A stretch of 64,000 bases of DNA from Squalus acanthias (taxonomy: Eukaryota), in assembly GCA_030390025.1 (NCBI GenBank), contig CM059437.1:66588001-66652000 (forward strand). The letters run 5' to 3'. A program made the position numbers and the translations under genes. A model generated the notes under the pieces. It did not search any database, was not told the DNA's origin, and saw only the letters and a program-made list of their open reading frames with translations. This document shows positions 50,617 through 63,076 of this stretch, piece after piece (position 1 is the stretch's first letter; each line of letters starts with the position of its first letter).

Positions 50617-51672
50617 TAATCTTTAATAATTTGTTCGAGTGATTTATAAACAAATAGTAACCGATGAGTGATATGTATTTACTTAGCAGTAAAGTGCTAA
50701 AATATTTTCCGCATTCGGAGTTAAAAAATTTTTTCGCACTAACTTGTGCTGGCATGGAGGGCTGTACAGGGTTTTGCTTTTTGTATTTTTTCTGCATATC
50801 ATGAATTTGTGTTCTTATAACCTGGGGTATTGTGTAGATCGGCCATTTTAGGTATCTGGGATTGCAAGTATTTGATCATTAGGATCATATTTGACAATTT
50901 TCTATGGAACTGAAAAGTGATAAGGCTTAGTCACATGCCAACTTTCTCTCCCCATTTTCAGTTTATAAATCTCGGTGTAATGGACAATGATCTGTAGTGC
51001 GAAATATTTTAAAACTAACATACTTTGCCAAATCTGCAATGTATTAATGCATTATGCTCGCTGGAGAGAAAAAAAAGTATCCAGCCACTGTAATAACAAT
51101 GACGATAGCAGTAGCTCCGTAGTCAGTGCATTTCAATGTGACGTTCAGAAAACAGTACACTAGACAAGTCGAAATTGTTTATGCTTGTATACTAGTCACT
51201 TAGTATTTAACACATAGCATTCTCAATTATTATAGTGCATGTCAGTATTGTTTGTGAATTGTGGTGGCGGTTTATATATATATTATAGAGAGATACAGAT
51301 ATCTATATATATATGTAGATATATATAATATATTTCTAAATCATATAGTCTTATTTTTGCAAGCCCCCAAACAGTGGGGGAGGCCATAATGCAGAGGTTA
51401 CCCCGCCGTCAGCTGTTCATGTGGAAAGACGGATTTACACTCCCGCTGAACTCTGTCCCCTCCTGTAAAATCTTTTTGACTGTCTATTAGTTTACATTAT
51501 TCTTGATCAACCATTAACAAGCAGTGTGCGATTAATCAGTAAAACGATATTATACTAAATTTGGCAGCAGCAGAATCGAGGATTAGCCTGGCTGAATCCA
51601 GAGCAGTCACAGCATGTTGTACAGTTCCATGCGCTCTGGGCGAATTGTGATTGTTTAATTTATTCTCTTTAG

Positions 51673-51819
51673 ACTATTTTGAATTCCATGCACAAGTATC
51701 AACCTAGATTTCACATTGTTCGTGCGAACGACATTTTGAAACTTCCTTATAGTACTTTCCGGACATACGTGTTCCCTGAAACAGAATTCATAGCCGTCAC
51801 TGCATACCAAAATGATAAG
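51673..51819 (+). CDS. TBX3: TBX3 coding exon 3 (T-box)
   Basis: Acceptor ttctctttag|; [49 protein letters not shown]; donor |GTGAGT. Confidence 0.97.
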
Positions 51820-53377
51820 GTGAGTCAAAAAATGAAAGTTGGTAATTTGTGCAGAAAGGTAGTGTTGCTTGTTATATAGAATGTCGATTTGCCTTGTGAG
51901 ACGTTGTAGCTATTGTACCAAAAAGGTAAAAACGCGACGCCTTAGTCTGTATCCCAATTGTTTATTCTGGTCAATACGACTTTCAGTGTTAGATACCGGA
52001 GTCTCATTAAATGCACAAGAACGCTTGTTGAATATTCTGCGCAGACTGGGGCTGATTGCGATTTTATGCTTTGTTTTGTGATATCGGTGTTAGCATGGGT
52101 TGAGTTGTGTGGCAGCAGACACAACGCTCTCCTGTATGCATATGTTTGTCTGGGCCGTGCGTTCAGATAAATTTTGCACTGCGAGGTAATAGGATTTAAT
52201 AGATTTCTAAACTGTTATTAAATTACAGTCATTTAAAAACAAATGAGACTTTTCGCACTGTTTATAGGTGGTGCATGTTCTTGGATGAATCCGATAGAAA
52301 TTTAGGTCAAAGAGATTTGGAGTAGTGTCCTCAGTACAGGTATCAAGCCTGCGATGATGAACAATTAATGTTAATAAGTTCACCCAAATCGTGTTTAAGG
52401 AACTTGGAACTCTTCTGTTGGTATTTAACTTCTCATCACACTTCTAGCTAGTCAGCTAACATTATTAATAAGAATTACAGTGAAGTACACTGTGTGTAGT
52501 GACTTGATAATACTTGATCACCGCACTGTTGATTATGGGGAGTTTCATTTCAGAGGGAATAAAAGCTGATAACGAAAAGGGTGTTAACTTGATAAATGAG
52601 GCAACCTTAACAGAGTCGATGACTTGATTTTTTTTCTGGATTTGTGTTTCTTGTACTGCTGGGTTATTATCTTCAGTTCATTATTAAAAGGACAATGATT
52701 TCAATCTCGTTAGATTCTCTACCCTATTGAAATGAAGATGATAAGTGACAATAAAGTTACTGTTGACTTGTTGTCAACAGAGGGCAAGTTACGATGGTGA
52801 CGCTAGACTAGCTTCACCCTATCTCGCTGATAAAGTACCTACTTGTCTTGTGCTAGCTCACACGCAGGTTATCATGAATCGAACATGCTTTACTTTAGGG
52901 CAGATATGTGATTTGCTCCTTGCATTTTCACATTTAATAAAATAAAGACACCGCGTTAAATGCCTTAAAACTGAATTCAGGACCATAGTTTCCGCACTGA
53001 TATAATCTTACAGCATGGCTGTGTTCAGTGTTGGCCCAGCCTTCAATGGGACGAGTGCAGAATTAAAATGCAGGAAATGTTAGAGCCACAGATCAGGTGG
53101 AGACAGACAATGGGCTGTACCATTAAAATATTGGTACAACGTTACCATTGACTGTATATAATGCGGTGGCGGCTTTAACATAATTCGACATTTATTTATT
53201 TTTAAATAATAATCCGAAACAATAATGTAATGGTAAAGTAATGCTGCTGTCTAGTCTCTGCATTTCACCTGTAACTTCCAGCAGCATTCTTTAGAGCCTG
53301 CGCATTTTTAGTAAAGACGGTAATTGATGCTATATTGTATTACGGGAAAGTATCAAACCTATTATTTTGACATCTAG

Positions 53378-53454
53378 ATAACCCAGTTAAAAATCGACAA
53401 CAACCCATTCGCCAAAGGCTTTCGTGACACGGGGAATGGGAGAAGAGAGAAAAG
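53378..53454 (+). CDS. TBX3: TBX3 coding exon 4 (end of T-box, basic NLS-like segment); not in the ORF track
   Basis: Acceptor catctag|; ITQLKIDNNPFAKGFRDTGNGRREK-R; donor |GTGAGA. Confidence 0.97.
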
Positions 53455-53871
53455 GTGAGATTGATTCAATTCTGGTCTATTTGTCAATCGGTGGACTGTT
53501 GGGCCTCGTTATATTCATGATTTTAACAACAATCTGATGCAGAGCTGTCACCGTCTCAGTAACACAGAAAGAGAAAATGAGGGCTGCTTGTCGTGTGCTT
53601 GTTACATTTTGCGACAGACTTGTGTCTTTCATCTTATGTTTGACGTTTTTGCACTCTGTCATTTTCGCTGTTTTATTTTTAGAAAACGCGAAGGCGTTCT
53701 CTAAACATAAGGCATTCCCACCGAGTATTGCTGCATAAGGCACCACCTCATGAGCCAACACCAATAGAATGTGTTCGATTTCTCGGGTGAAATAAAACTG
53801 AAACGACATGGGCACTTATTTAGATAACGAATATCTTAAGGCATTGTCCCCCCTTTTTTTTCTTGGAACAG

Positions 53872-54035
53872 AAAGCAGTTGGCAATTCAATCGCTACGAG
53901 TCTACGAAGAACAGCAGAAGGGTTCGAAAGAAAATGGGACATCGGACGATTCATCCAGCGAGCAGCCCGCTTTCAAATGCTTCGGCCAGTCCGCGTCCCC
54001 CGCTGTTTCCACTCCAGGGACTGCGAACTTAAAAG
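53872..54035 (+). CDS. TBX3: TBX3 coding exon 5
   Basis: Acceptor ttttcttggaacag|; [37 protein letters not shown]...GTANLK; weak donor G|GTTATT whose phase fits exon 6. Confidence 0.9.
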
Positions 54036-54573
54036 GTTATTATTTTGTTGCCTACACAAGGGGCTTGTTTGTTCTTTTTTTATAAGGCGCGACTAAGTTT
54101 GTGTTTTTCTCGCACATTAATTGGGTGTATGTTTGTGTTGAAGATCCTTATCACTTCACAACCGAAGTAACCCCGGACAAGATGCAGCAAGCGCTTTTAC
54201 TTATTATTCCCCTGGAATAGAATTAGATCGTGAAAATCTATTGCCAGCCTTCTCCGCCTACTGGAGTTTTGTAGGGTTTAATTGTTTTAAACAGACTTAG
54301 AATTATTAATCTCCGTATTCAGTGAAATTGTATTTAACAAAACAGCAGTTTTTCATGATTTATTTTTAAAAAGGTGCAGAAATAAAACCCTAAAAAGACA
54401 GAATTTGGATTGGTCGCACCTGAATTGCCACTGCCTGTGTATTCAACAGTGTTGTGTCGTTGCATTCGGATTTATATCAGGAGTGAGCGCGCAATGTTAC
54501 TGACCGTATCGTTTGGGAAAATGCCACTATATTTTAGCTGGTCCTTCTACTTTTATTATTTTCTGTTTTCCAG

Positions 54574-55238
54574 GTGCTCTGCAAAGTGACGAAGAAGAAA
54601 GCGACATAGACAGTAAAGATGACCCCATTCAGGAAGGGAATGGCTCAGGAAAATTCTCCACAACCACCGAGGAACGAAAGGAGGAGCGCAATTCCACGAA
54701 ATCTCATCCACGCCCATCGGACTCTGTGAGCAGAATTAGGGAACATGAAAGCTCGAGAACTGATAAGAGCTCGACGGATTCGCAGCAGAGCCCGACAAAC
54801 ACTTCCTCAAGCACTAGAGCCGTTAATGGCGAGGGCCCCGAGATCAAAAGTCCAGTTCGAGACCATCACCAGAAAGCGGATGAGTCCAGTGTTTTAAACA
54901 AGGAGTCCTATTCGCCCCTAACAGTCCAGACGGATAGTATCTCACACCTGAACCACGGACATTTACAGAACCTCGCCTTTTCTCATAACTTATCTGGCCA
55001 GCACTTCTTTACCCCGCTGGGCGCAGGACATCCCCTTCTCTTGCACCCGAGCCAGTTTGCGATGGGTGGGGCCTTCCCAAATATGGCAGCAGGTATGGGT
55101 CACCTGCTGGCCTCCATGTCGGCCTCCGCAGGCGGGATCGGCGGCCTGGACGCCCTTGTTTCGTCACAGCAGGGACTACCTAGTGGATCAGCGGCAGGTC
55201 TACCGTTTCACCTCCAACAACATGTCCTGGCCTCTCAG
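54574..55238 (+). CDS. TBX3: TBX3 coding exon 6
   Basis: Acceptor ttctgttttccag|; contains SPLTVQTD, HPSQFAMGGAF, LPFHLQQHVLASQ; donor |GTAAAG. Confidence 0.94.
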
Positions 55239-56014
55239 GTAAAGCCCCAACCTCCTCGTCTTATTTGATCCTTTAACTATAAAGTTACATCTTTTGATAG
55301 GTGTATGACAAATGTATTTTAAATTCAGGTCTTGCTTTTTGTCAGTCTTTTTATGTTGGAAACCAGGCACACTGCTATCGGAGAGCAAAATTCAATTGGC
55401 AGCCTTGTGTAATAACCTGTAAAATATTGAGAGATTTTTGTATAAACAAGAACACATAAAATCTGTGACTTTCGTTTCTAAAGATACCCTGAGAATGATT
55501 TTAAACGACAGATAAATTGATACAGGATATATTACCTTAAAAGAAAAATAATACTTTCACTTACAATGCAAAATATAGATTAATTAAGATAAACTAATCC
55601 AACCAGCTGGGGAGAATCACACCCATATGTCTTTCATTCTATGTCACATTTCATATTTTTCTGGCTGTCTTTTTGAGCGACCTCTGTGGTTCGGTGTAGG
55701 AGAATAATGGAGATATAATTACAGACAGTCCTTTTTGTTGTTGTTAGAAACCCACCCAATTTAAACACCCCAAAAGTGTGTGCTTTTATAGAAGTTTTAA
55801 GTGTTCTACAGTGCCTAGCCGTCTCATTCTTTAATTTTTGTTGCATGTTGGTAAATCTGCACAAGCTACTGCATGAAATAGATATTATTTCAGTGTCTTG
55901 TCTGTAACATTCATTTATTGGTAAACGCGGGAATCCAGTCTGATCCATCCATTGCTATCGGTACTTAGCATTAGTTGTTAAGATATAAACTAACTTTTCT
56001 TGTTACATTGACAG

Positions 56015-56476
56015 GGTCTTGCGATGTCACCTTTTGGTAGCCTTTTCCCCTATCCTTACACGTACATGGCCGCTGCCGCCGCGGCCTCCATGCCCGGTGG
56101 AGTGCCATCATCCGTCGCCTCCTCTGTACATCGCCATCCGTTCCTCAGCGCAGTCCGGCCTCGCTTGAGGTATAGCCCTTACACGTTCCCCGTGCCCGGA
56201 ATGGACAGTAGCAGCTTGCTGACCGCCACCGTGCCGTCCATGTCCGCCCCAGGCGAGGCCAAGGTGAACAGCATGGCAGCCAGTCCCGTGTCGGCGGGCC
56301 TGGACTCGGGCTCTGAGGTGAACAGCAGGTCCTCGACTCTATCCTCGGGATCGGTCTCCCTGTCGCCGAAACAGTGTTCAGAGAAAGAAACGCCCAACGA
56401 GCTCCAGAACATCCAGCGCCTGGTCAGTGGACTAGAAACCAAACAAGATCGGTCAAGCAGGAGCGGTTCCCCGTGA
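56015..56476 (+). CDS. TBX3: TBX3 coding exon 7 (C-terminal region with poly-Ala, to stop)
   Basis: Acceptor ttgacag|; [25 protein letters not shown]...RPRLRYSPY...[13 protein letters not shown]; TGA ends at 56476. Confidence 0.96.
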   Translation, partial: GLAMSPFGSLFPYPYTYMAAAAAASMPGGVPSSVASSVHRHPFLSAVRPRLRYSPYTFPVPGMDSSSLLTATVPSMSAPGEAKVNSMAASPVSAGLDSGSEVNSRSSTLSSGSVSLSPKQCSEKETPNELQNIQRLVSGLETKQDRSSRSGSP

Positions 56477-57265
56477 TAGGATGGTGACATCCGAAAGCCA
56501 GGTGGCTTTGCATGTCACACACGGTTTAGTCTGGTTTCTTTTTTAAATGCTAGTGTAGAGCCTTGATAATATCGAGTTTCCCAACTTAGCAATGAAAAGT
56601 AGCCGAAAAGTGGAAGATGGGGGTTTCTGGGCACCATCGGTAGTTTGGGTTGTAGATGTCAAATCTGCTTTTCATATATATGCAATAACAGAAAGAAACG
56701 GAGACTATTATAAAGTATTTATGTAATTATTTGATAACGTGTAAATATACTGAAATTAGAATACTCGAAATTATACTTTAATTTATTGTTGTTGTACATA
56801 CCTCTGTATATAAGGCTCCAAGCCTTTGTTCGTTAGTCATACGCATTTCAACACAACTCCTTATTAACCAGAGTGCCGGCATCGTTACCACTATTTTACC
56901 TAGCAATGTGTTACCTTGCTACATTCAAATAAAACCTTTGTAGACCTGAGTACAAGACGTGCCATTTTTTAGCTTTTACCATTGTTTCAGTGTTAAAGTG
57001 CTACTGTCTTTACAGTTTAGAGTAACAAAAAAAAGAGCTCACCAGTTGCTTGAAAAGTAATGAAGACGCTTTCGGGGTTTTTTTGGTGTGTCAAAATGAA
57101 TGGAAATTTTATGCTTACAGCTTGAAAGTGCCGAGAGTTAAAAAAAAATAAATGAAGGTATATTTTGTGTTATAAAATGTTGAAAGTTCTTGGTTTTCTT
57201 GTACTATTTTGTTTCGCTTTGAAGTTCTCAAAAAGTTTCAATAAATTTTTATCCAAGTTTCTTGT
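56477..57265 (+). terminator. TBX3: TBX3 3' UTR with candidate polyadenylation signals
   Basis: AU-rich sequence with AATAAA at 56928, 57147 and 57240; the last is followed by T/GT-rich sequence. The cleavage site cannot be fixed from sequence alone. Confidence 0.6.
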
Positions 57266-57464
57266 CCCAGTTATTCCAATCAAATATCCAGTCTGTTGCA
57301 CAGAGTAGGCAGAAGATGAGTTTGGCGAGATCATTGTGTTTTTTTGACAATTATGTATGCCCTTTTAATGTTCGCCAATATTGTTTCGGTTTGAAATTTC
57401 TCACGAGTAATTTCACCAAGGTGCAAGGTATTCTCACCATAGAAGGCGATGCCTTTGTTGCATA

Positions 57465-58650
57465 CCTTCTCCCAGCTGTGTTACATCGCCTCCCTCCCCA
57501 CTGTGTTATATTGCCTCCCTCCCCACTGCGTTACATCACCTCCCTCCCCACTGTGTTACATCACCTCCCTCCCCACTGTTACATCATCTCCATCCCCACT
57601 GCGTTACATCGTCTCCCTCCCCGCTGTGTTACATCACCTCCCTCCCCGTTGTGTTACATACCTTCCCCACTGTCTTACATAGCCTCTTTCCCCACTGTCT
57701 TATGTAGCCTCCCTCTCCACTGTCTTATGTAGCCTCCCTCCCCACTGTCTTACATATCTTCCCCACTGTGTTACATAGCCTCACCTTGTCAGCTGTGGCT
57801 CAGTGGGTAGCACTCTCGCCTCTGAGTCAGAAGGCTGTGGGTTCAAGTCCCACTCCAGGGATTTGAGCACATAAATCTAGGCTGACACTCCAGTGTAGTA
57901 CTGAGGGAGTGCTGCACTGTCGGAGGTGCCGTCATTTGGATGAGATGTTAAACCGAGGCCCCGTCTGCTCTCTCAGGTGGATGTAAAAGATCCCACGGCA
58001 CTATTTCAAAGAAGAGCAGGGGAGTTAATCCCCGATGTCCTGACCCAATATTTATCCCTCAATCAACATCACTAAAACAGATTATCTGGTCATTATCACA
58101 TTGCTGTTTGTGGAGAAATGCTGTGCGCAAATTGGCTGCCACGTTTCCTACATTACAACAGTGACTACACTTCAAAAAGTACTTCATTGGCTGTAAAGCG
58201 CTTTGGGACGTCTGGTGGTCATGAAAGGCGCTATAAAAATACAAGTCTTTTTTCTTTCCCCACTGTGTTACATCCCCTCTCTCTACTGTGTTACATAGCC
58301 TCTCTCCACACTGTGTTACATAGCCTCTCTCCACACTGTGTTACATAGCCTCTCTCCACACTGTGTTACATAGCCTCTCTCCACACTGTGTTACATACTC
58401 TCTCCCCACACTGTGTTGCATATACTCTCTCCACTGTGTTACATACCCTCCCCCAAGCTATGTTACATACCCTCCCCCCACACTGGGTTACATACCCTCC
58501 CCCACACTGGGTTACATAGCCTCTCTTCGAACTGTGTTATGTACCCTCCCTCTCTACACGGTGTTACATGCCATCCCACTGTGTTACATATCTTCCCCAC
58601 TGTGTTACATAAGCTCATTCCCCACTGTGTTAAATGCCCTCCCTCTCCAC
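57465..58650 (+). repeat. ~23-25 bp minisatellite (ccccactgtgttacatagcctccct) split by a SINE
   Basis: Many degenerate units at 57465-57785 and 58259-58650. Confidence 0.92.
57786..58258 (+). mobile_element. Full-length SacSINE1-like DeuSINE
   Basis: tRNA-like head (A box tggctcagtggg, B box ggttcaagtcc), Deu-like gatgagatgttaaaccgagg...aaagatcccacggcact, L2-type tail gcgctataaaaatacaagtct. Confidence 0.88.
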
Positions 58651-59678
58651 TCTATCAGTGATTTACTGTAAATAGTAAAATCGAGGCTCACTTGACACTG
58701 TTACAAGGCCTCCTTAAGATCATTATGTTGTCACTGTATTTCCATCCTCTTTTGCAGTGACTATTCACTCCACCTCCAACAGATTGTCCCACTGAAATGC
58801 CCGTGGGCAAACTAAAGCGATATTTCTATTTCTGAGAATACTGTATTTTTTTAAAGGTAAACTGCAACACTGTTTTTCAAGAATAATCATGCGACCCCAT
58901 TCCTTCATGTAGTGAAAATTCACACATTAGGTTTGAGGTCAGAATTAGTAACAGATCATAATACCTCTTACTGTACTCGGAGGGTTCATTTTCAATCTCC
59001 TGTCGCACAGCCATAGGAAGTCAAATAGGAAAATAAATCTGCATTTTGTTTCTGGCCTAACAGAAGCATAAGGCTTTTACAACATTCTCAATACCATGTT
59101 TCTGGAAATCCAAAGTTGTTTGTGTTTGACCTAAAAGGAAGAAGGGACCAATCAAAATGTTGTGGTCATATAAGGAAATGCAAACATATGTCATGTCAGT
59201 TTCATGGAGAGAAGGGAAATCCGTAAAGCCAAAGGGCAGTTGGCCTGTATTATGCGTTGACTGTTTTCTTATTTATGATGATATGCAATCCACGCCGCAA
59301 TTGGTTTCATTTGAAAACCAATTAACGATAGCAACCTGTGACTGTTTAAGAAAACAGGTTAACGAAACCCATTCAGAAATCACCCTCCTTTCAAAACGGC
59401 AGCCCAGGAAAATTTCTGAAGTGGCCAGAGCTATTTAATAATAAAAAAAAATCCTCGTAAGCAGAATGTGAAGTGGAAATAAAGTCGTCTGACCTGTTTA
59501 CCGTGACGTTAATAAATAACCAGTGCGGCGCTCGTGGATCAGGGTAAACAATGTGCAATATACTTGGATTATCATAGCGTATCGCTCACCTGGCGCCTCC
59601 GCTGATCTGATCTGTGATTTCAGGAGCAGCAGGTCCGCCGCAGCGCCGAGTGCTCGGGAACCTTTCCCTGGTGACTGA

Positions 59679-59693
59679 GCGCCATCTAGGGGC
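59679..59693 (-). promoter_or_regulatory. CTCF consensus motif
   Basis: Minus strand GCCCCTAGATGGCGC matches the CTCF core closely, inside a small CpG-rich patch. Confidence 0.7.
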
Positions 59694-62160
59694 GAGCACA
59701 CCGAATAATCCCAGTGACCCGGGCAGAGTGTAAAGGTCACTTCTTGGCCAGTCTGCGTAAAATTCATTACAGATTTGCCTGTCTGTGTAATTGAGAATCA
59801 TTTCATTAGGTAGCGGGTTTTTTTTGCGGGGGAGGGGGGTGGGGGGGGGGGGGGTTGGTCAGACGTGGGACATAGTCATTGCATTGTTCCTGCACCAATA
59901 TCCCCTTTATTTGACCAGATGTTTGCATGGGGAATTATTCGTAAAGTCAATTATAAAATATACAACATCGCTTTTTGCCTATTCCCAGTAACTATAATTG
60001 TCTATACTACTGATTTATAAACTAACATGTACGATTGGTAATATATTTCAATGTTGGAAACTATGGCCTTCATTGAAAAAAGATTGCCAAAGGACTCGTT
60101 ATTCTTTAGAATACATTCAATAAATATATTTGAAAATCTTCACTTCATGGTCTGGAGAAGCTCAAATAAATATGGCAGTGTGCTGTGTGGCTTGATGGCT
60201 CGATATACAGTTCCTGAACGTTACAGAGAAGGTATGCTGCGAATTGAAACCATTTAATTTCCCGAAAGACCCTTTTTCTTTAACTAATGAGAGGTATTGA
60301 TTGAAATGCCTGAGATAGGCGCTGTCAGGATATTGGGCCATTGCCGTCACACTGTTGCTTTTCAGTTACATATTTATATATAACAGTAAACGCGTGTAAA
60401 GATAATCTTTCGTTATCCGCTGGGCTCTTCTTTATTCTAATCTGCTGAGAAACCTTCCGTTCGGATATCGAATGCAAATCGCTTGTTCTGAACGGAGGCA
60501 CTTGAAGGTCGCCTGGTGTCAGTCACGTAAAGAACTCCAACCGAATACAGTTGTCGATCATTATTTATATCTAAAGCACAAAATACATAAACTCTCGACG
60601 TGCAATACGTCAGCGTGCGAGAATATTTGAACCCAATTTTCAAAACAAAATCCATTCGACAGGAAGTAATTGCCAAACAGGATAATTGAACTATAATTCG
60701 ACTCAAGCGCGAATCTAAATAATATGCGATGCAGCAAAGCTGGATTAAGTGTTTGAAATCGAACCTACTAATCGAGCACACACACAGTGATAATCATCAA
60801 TTTTGAGGAGCACGCGTGGTGAATAAATGTCGATGTCGTGTCCGCCTCACACCCACTCTGTCACTCAGCCCAACAAGAGCTGGGCGGCAGATTTACTGCG
60901 GCCGATCAAGCGTAAGGCGCCATCTATAGGAAGGTGTTAATTAGTTTGTTTCGGCCGGAGCGACCAAGGCTTTTTTTGTGTGTGGTGGTGTCGGTTCACT
61001 TGAAGCCTGACGCCGGGGTGTCCAGTCGCACTGACCTTTTCCACAGCTCCAAACAAAGGCGAGGGGGTCACATTGCAGCAATTTGGAGGCGGCGCTGTCA
61101 ATCACACACACACATTGTTGCCTCCGGGCTTGTAAGTACCCGCACCTCCAGGCTCGGCTCAGCCACCAAACATTGCCCGGGGTGGTGGTGGGGGGCGCAC
61201 CATCATCCGGGCCGATTGCACAAAGGAGGAGCAAAAAAAAAACCCCAACACTCTCTCCAAATTAGACCTTGCTTTTATTTTGGGGTGGGGGACGTCGATG
61301 TCATTGCAAAGAGTGGCGGTGCATTCTCAGTGCATGTCGAGGTATGCTGGCGCTGTGTGAACACTCGCATACATTCCACTGGGTGGAGCTCCAGCACTGG
61401 AGATCTGGTCGATAACTGATCCGTAAAAGGGGATTACAGGCACCTCAGTGCAAACTCCACAACTTGACTGTCCTGGAGCCGCCCAAAGAATGAACGGTTC
61501 GCATACCATGAAGTGACAGCTGAGTGCACAGCGCCCGATAACAAATCTTTTAACATCGCCACCACCAGTCCTTTTTTTGTGTGTGCTTTATCTTGTGTAA
61601 ACAGCTGTGTTCAGATGCTCAGATTACACGATACATTTAAAGGGTTGGATTCAAGGATTCGCTGCCAGATTACAATATAATCACCTGACGTTCGTATGCT
61701 CCATTTAACCGATGTTGATGTAAAATCGTCATGCAGAATAGCAGCCAGCTATCACAAGGCTGCATACAAGAGATGTGGATGCCATTAACTGACAGAGCAA
61801 ATCTCAGATCAGATGCACATTTGAAGTCACTCCTTTCTGTTGATTTTAGTTATAGCTAGTGAATCGCCCTCGGCGTTGCTCGCGATGAGTGGGGATAATA
61901 TACATTGGGACTTTTTCATGAGTGATTACTATTTTCAGTTATAATCCGAAACGTGTTAGCACCAAAAGCTTTGCTCGGTAGGATGGGAGTGTGATCGTGC
62001 AAAGGGTTTGAGCCTCATGATTACCTGATACCATCACTGAGTGGAGTCGGGCACCTAGGAAGGAACATGGAGGAGGAGATGTCTCCAAATCACTCTCGCG
62101 TTTCATCCAGTGGCTGCTTCAGAGTTGAGTCGACAGAAGCCCCAGCCTCAGGTAACATGC

Positions 62161-62493
62161 AACAATAACAACAACTTGCATTTGTATAGCGCCTTTAACG
62201 TAAAATGTCCCGACGCGCTTCACAGCAGTATTATCAAACAACGTTTGACACCGAACCACATAAGGAGATATTAGGACAGGTGCTTGGTCATAGCGGTAGG
62301 TTTGAAGGAGCGTCTTAAAGGAGAAGAGAGAGATAGAGAGGCCGAGAGGTTTAGGGAGGGAATCCCAGAACTTAGGCATGGCCACCAATGGTGGAGTGAG
62401 GAAAATCGGGGTTGCACAAGAGGCCAGAATTGGAGGAACGCAGAGATCTCGGAGGGTTGTAGGGCTGGAGTGAAGGAGGTTACAGAGATAGAG
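62161..62493 (-). mobile_element. L2-clade LINE 3' fragment
   Basis: aacaacttgcatttgtatagcgcc tail; colinear with the 16092-16478 reverse complement. Confidence 0.8.
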
Positions 62494-63076
62494 AAGAAAA
62501 ACTGGGGTAAGTTAAACGTTACCGATCCTAAAAGAATTATATCTCATGATGATTAAGACACTAAAATGTCAGTGATTTGATGTCCAGACATTGCATTTCT
62601 TTTTTCTTCTCCTATCTGCTCTTCAGTCCCTATGGCCATCGATCAGCTATGGTTGAAAGATGGACAACTTGTTCTGTTCTGTAGAAGAACAGCACCGGCT
62701 GACTCTCCCTGTTGGGCAATACCTGGCGTTTAGTTGACACCAATTCCACAACAGCAAATTAGGATCAGCAATTCGGGAAATGGGATTGAAACTATGGTGT
62801 TCCACTGCTAGAATACAATTTGTTGTGCCTCCAATGCATTGAACCACCATGGTGCCCATACACCTGTAAAGTGTATTGAAGTACAGTAGATTTTGGTAGC
62901 ATTTAGTAGGTCATGGTTTTATCACTCCGCACAGCATGAATTCCCACTTTTAGCCAGTCCATTAACGTAAGTTGCCATTTGGAGGCTTTGCACCATCAAG
63001 AGAGGAGAGTAGGAATTGGAATGGACTAGGAGTCACTCCTCTTACACACCTACCAGTGGCCTATTCCAGAGACATT

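Noticed and set aside
57790-57858. tRNA gene (also 1960-2030)
   Set aside because: A and B boxes are present but run straight into the SINE body; these are tRNA-derived SINE heads.
57465-58650. CRISPR-like array, or a T-box site array for autoregulation
   Set aside because: Eukaryotic tandem repeat without unique spacers; CTGTGTTA lacks the AGGTG core of T-box sites.
57262-58671. ORFs of 77-156 aa downstream of TBX3
   Set aside because: Translations of minisatellite and SINE sequence.
60934-61419. 161-aa ORF in a GC-rich downstream patch
   Set aside because: Non-ATG start, no recognisable domain and no exon-like boundaries.
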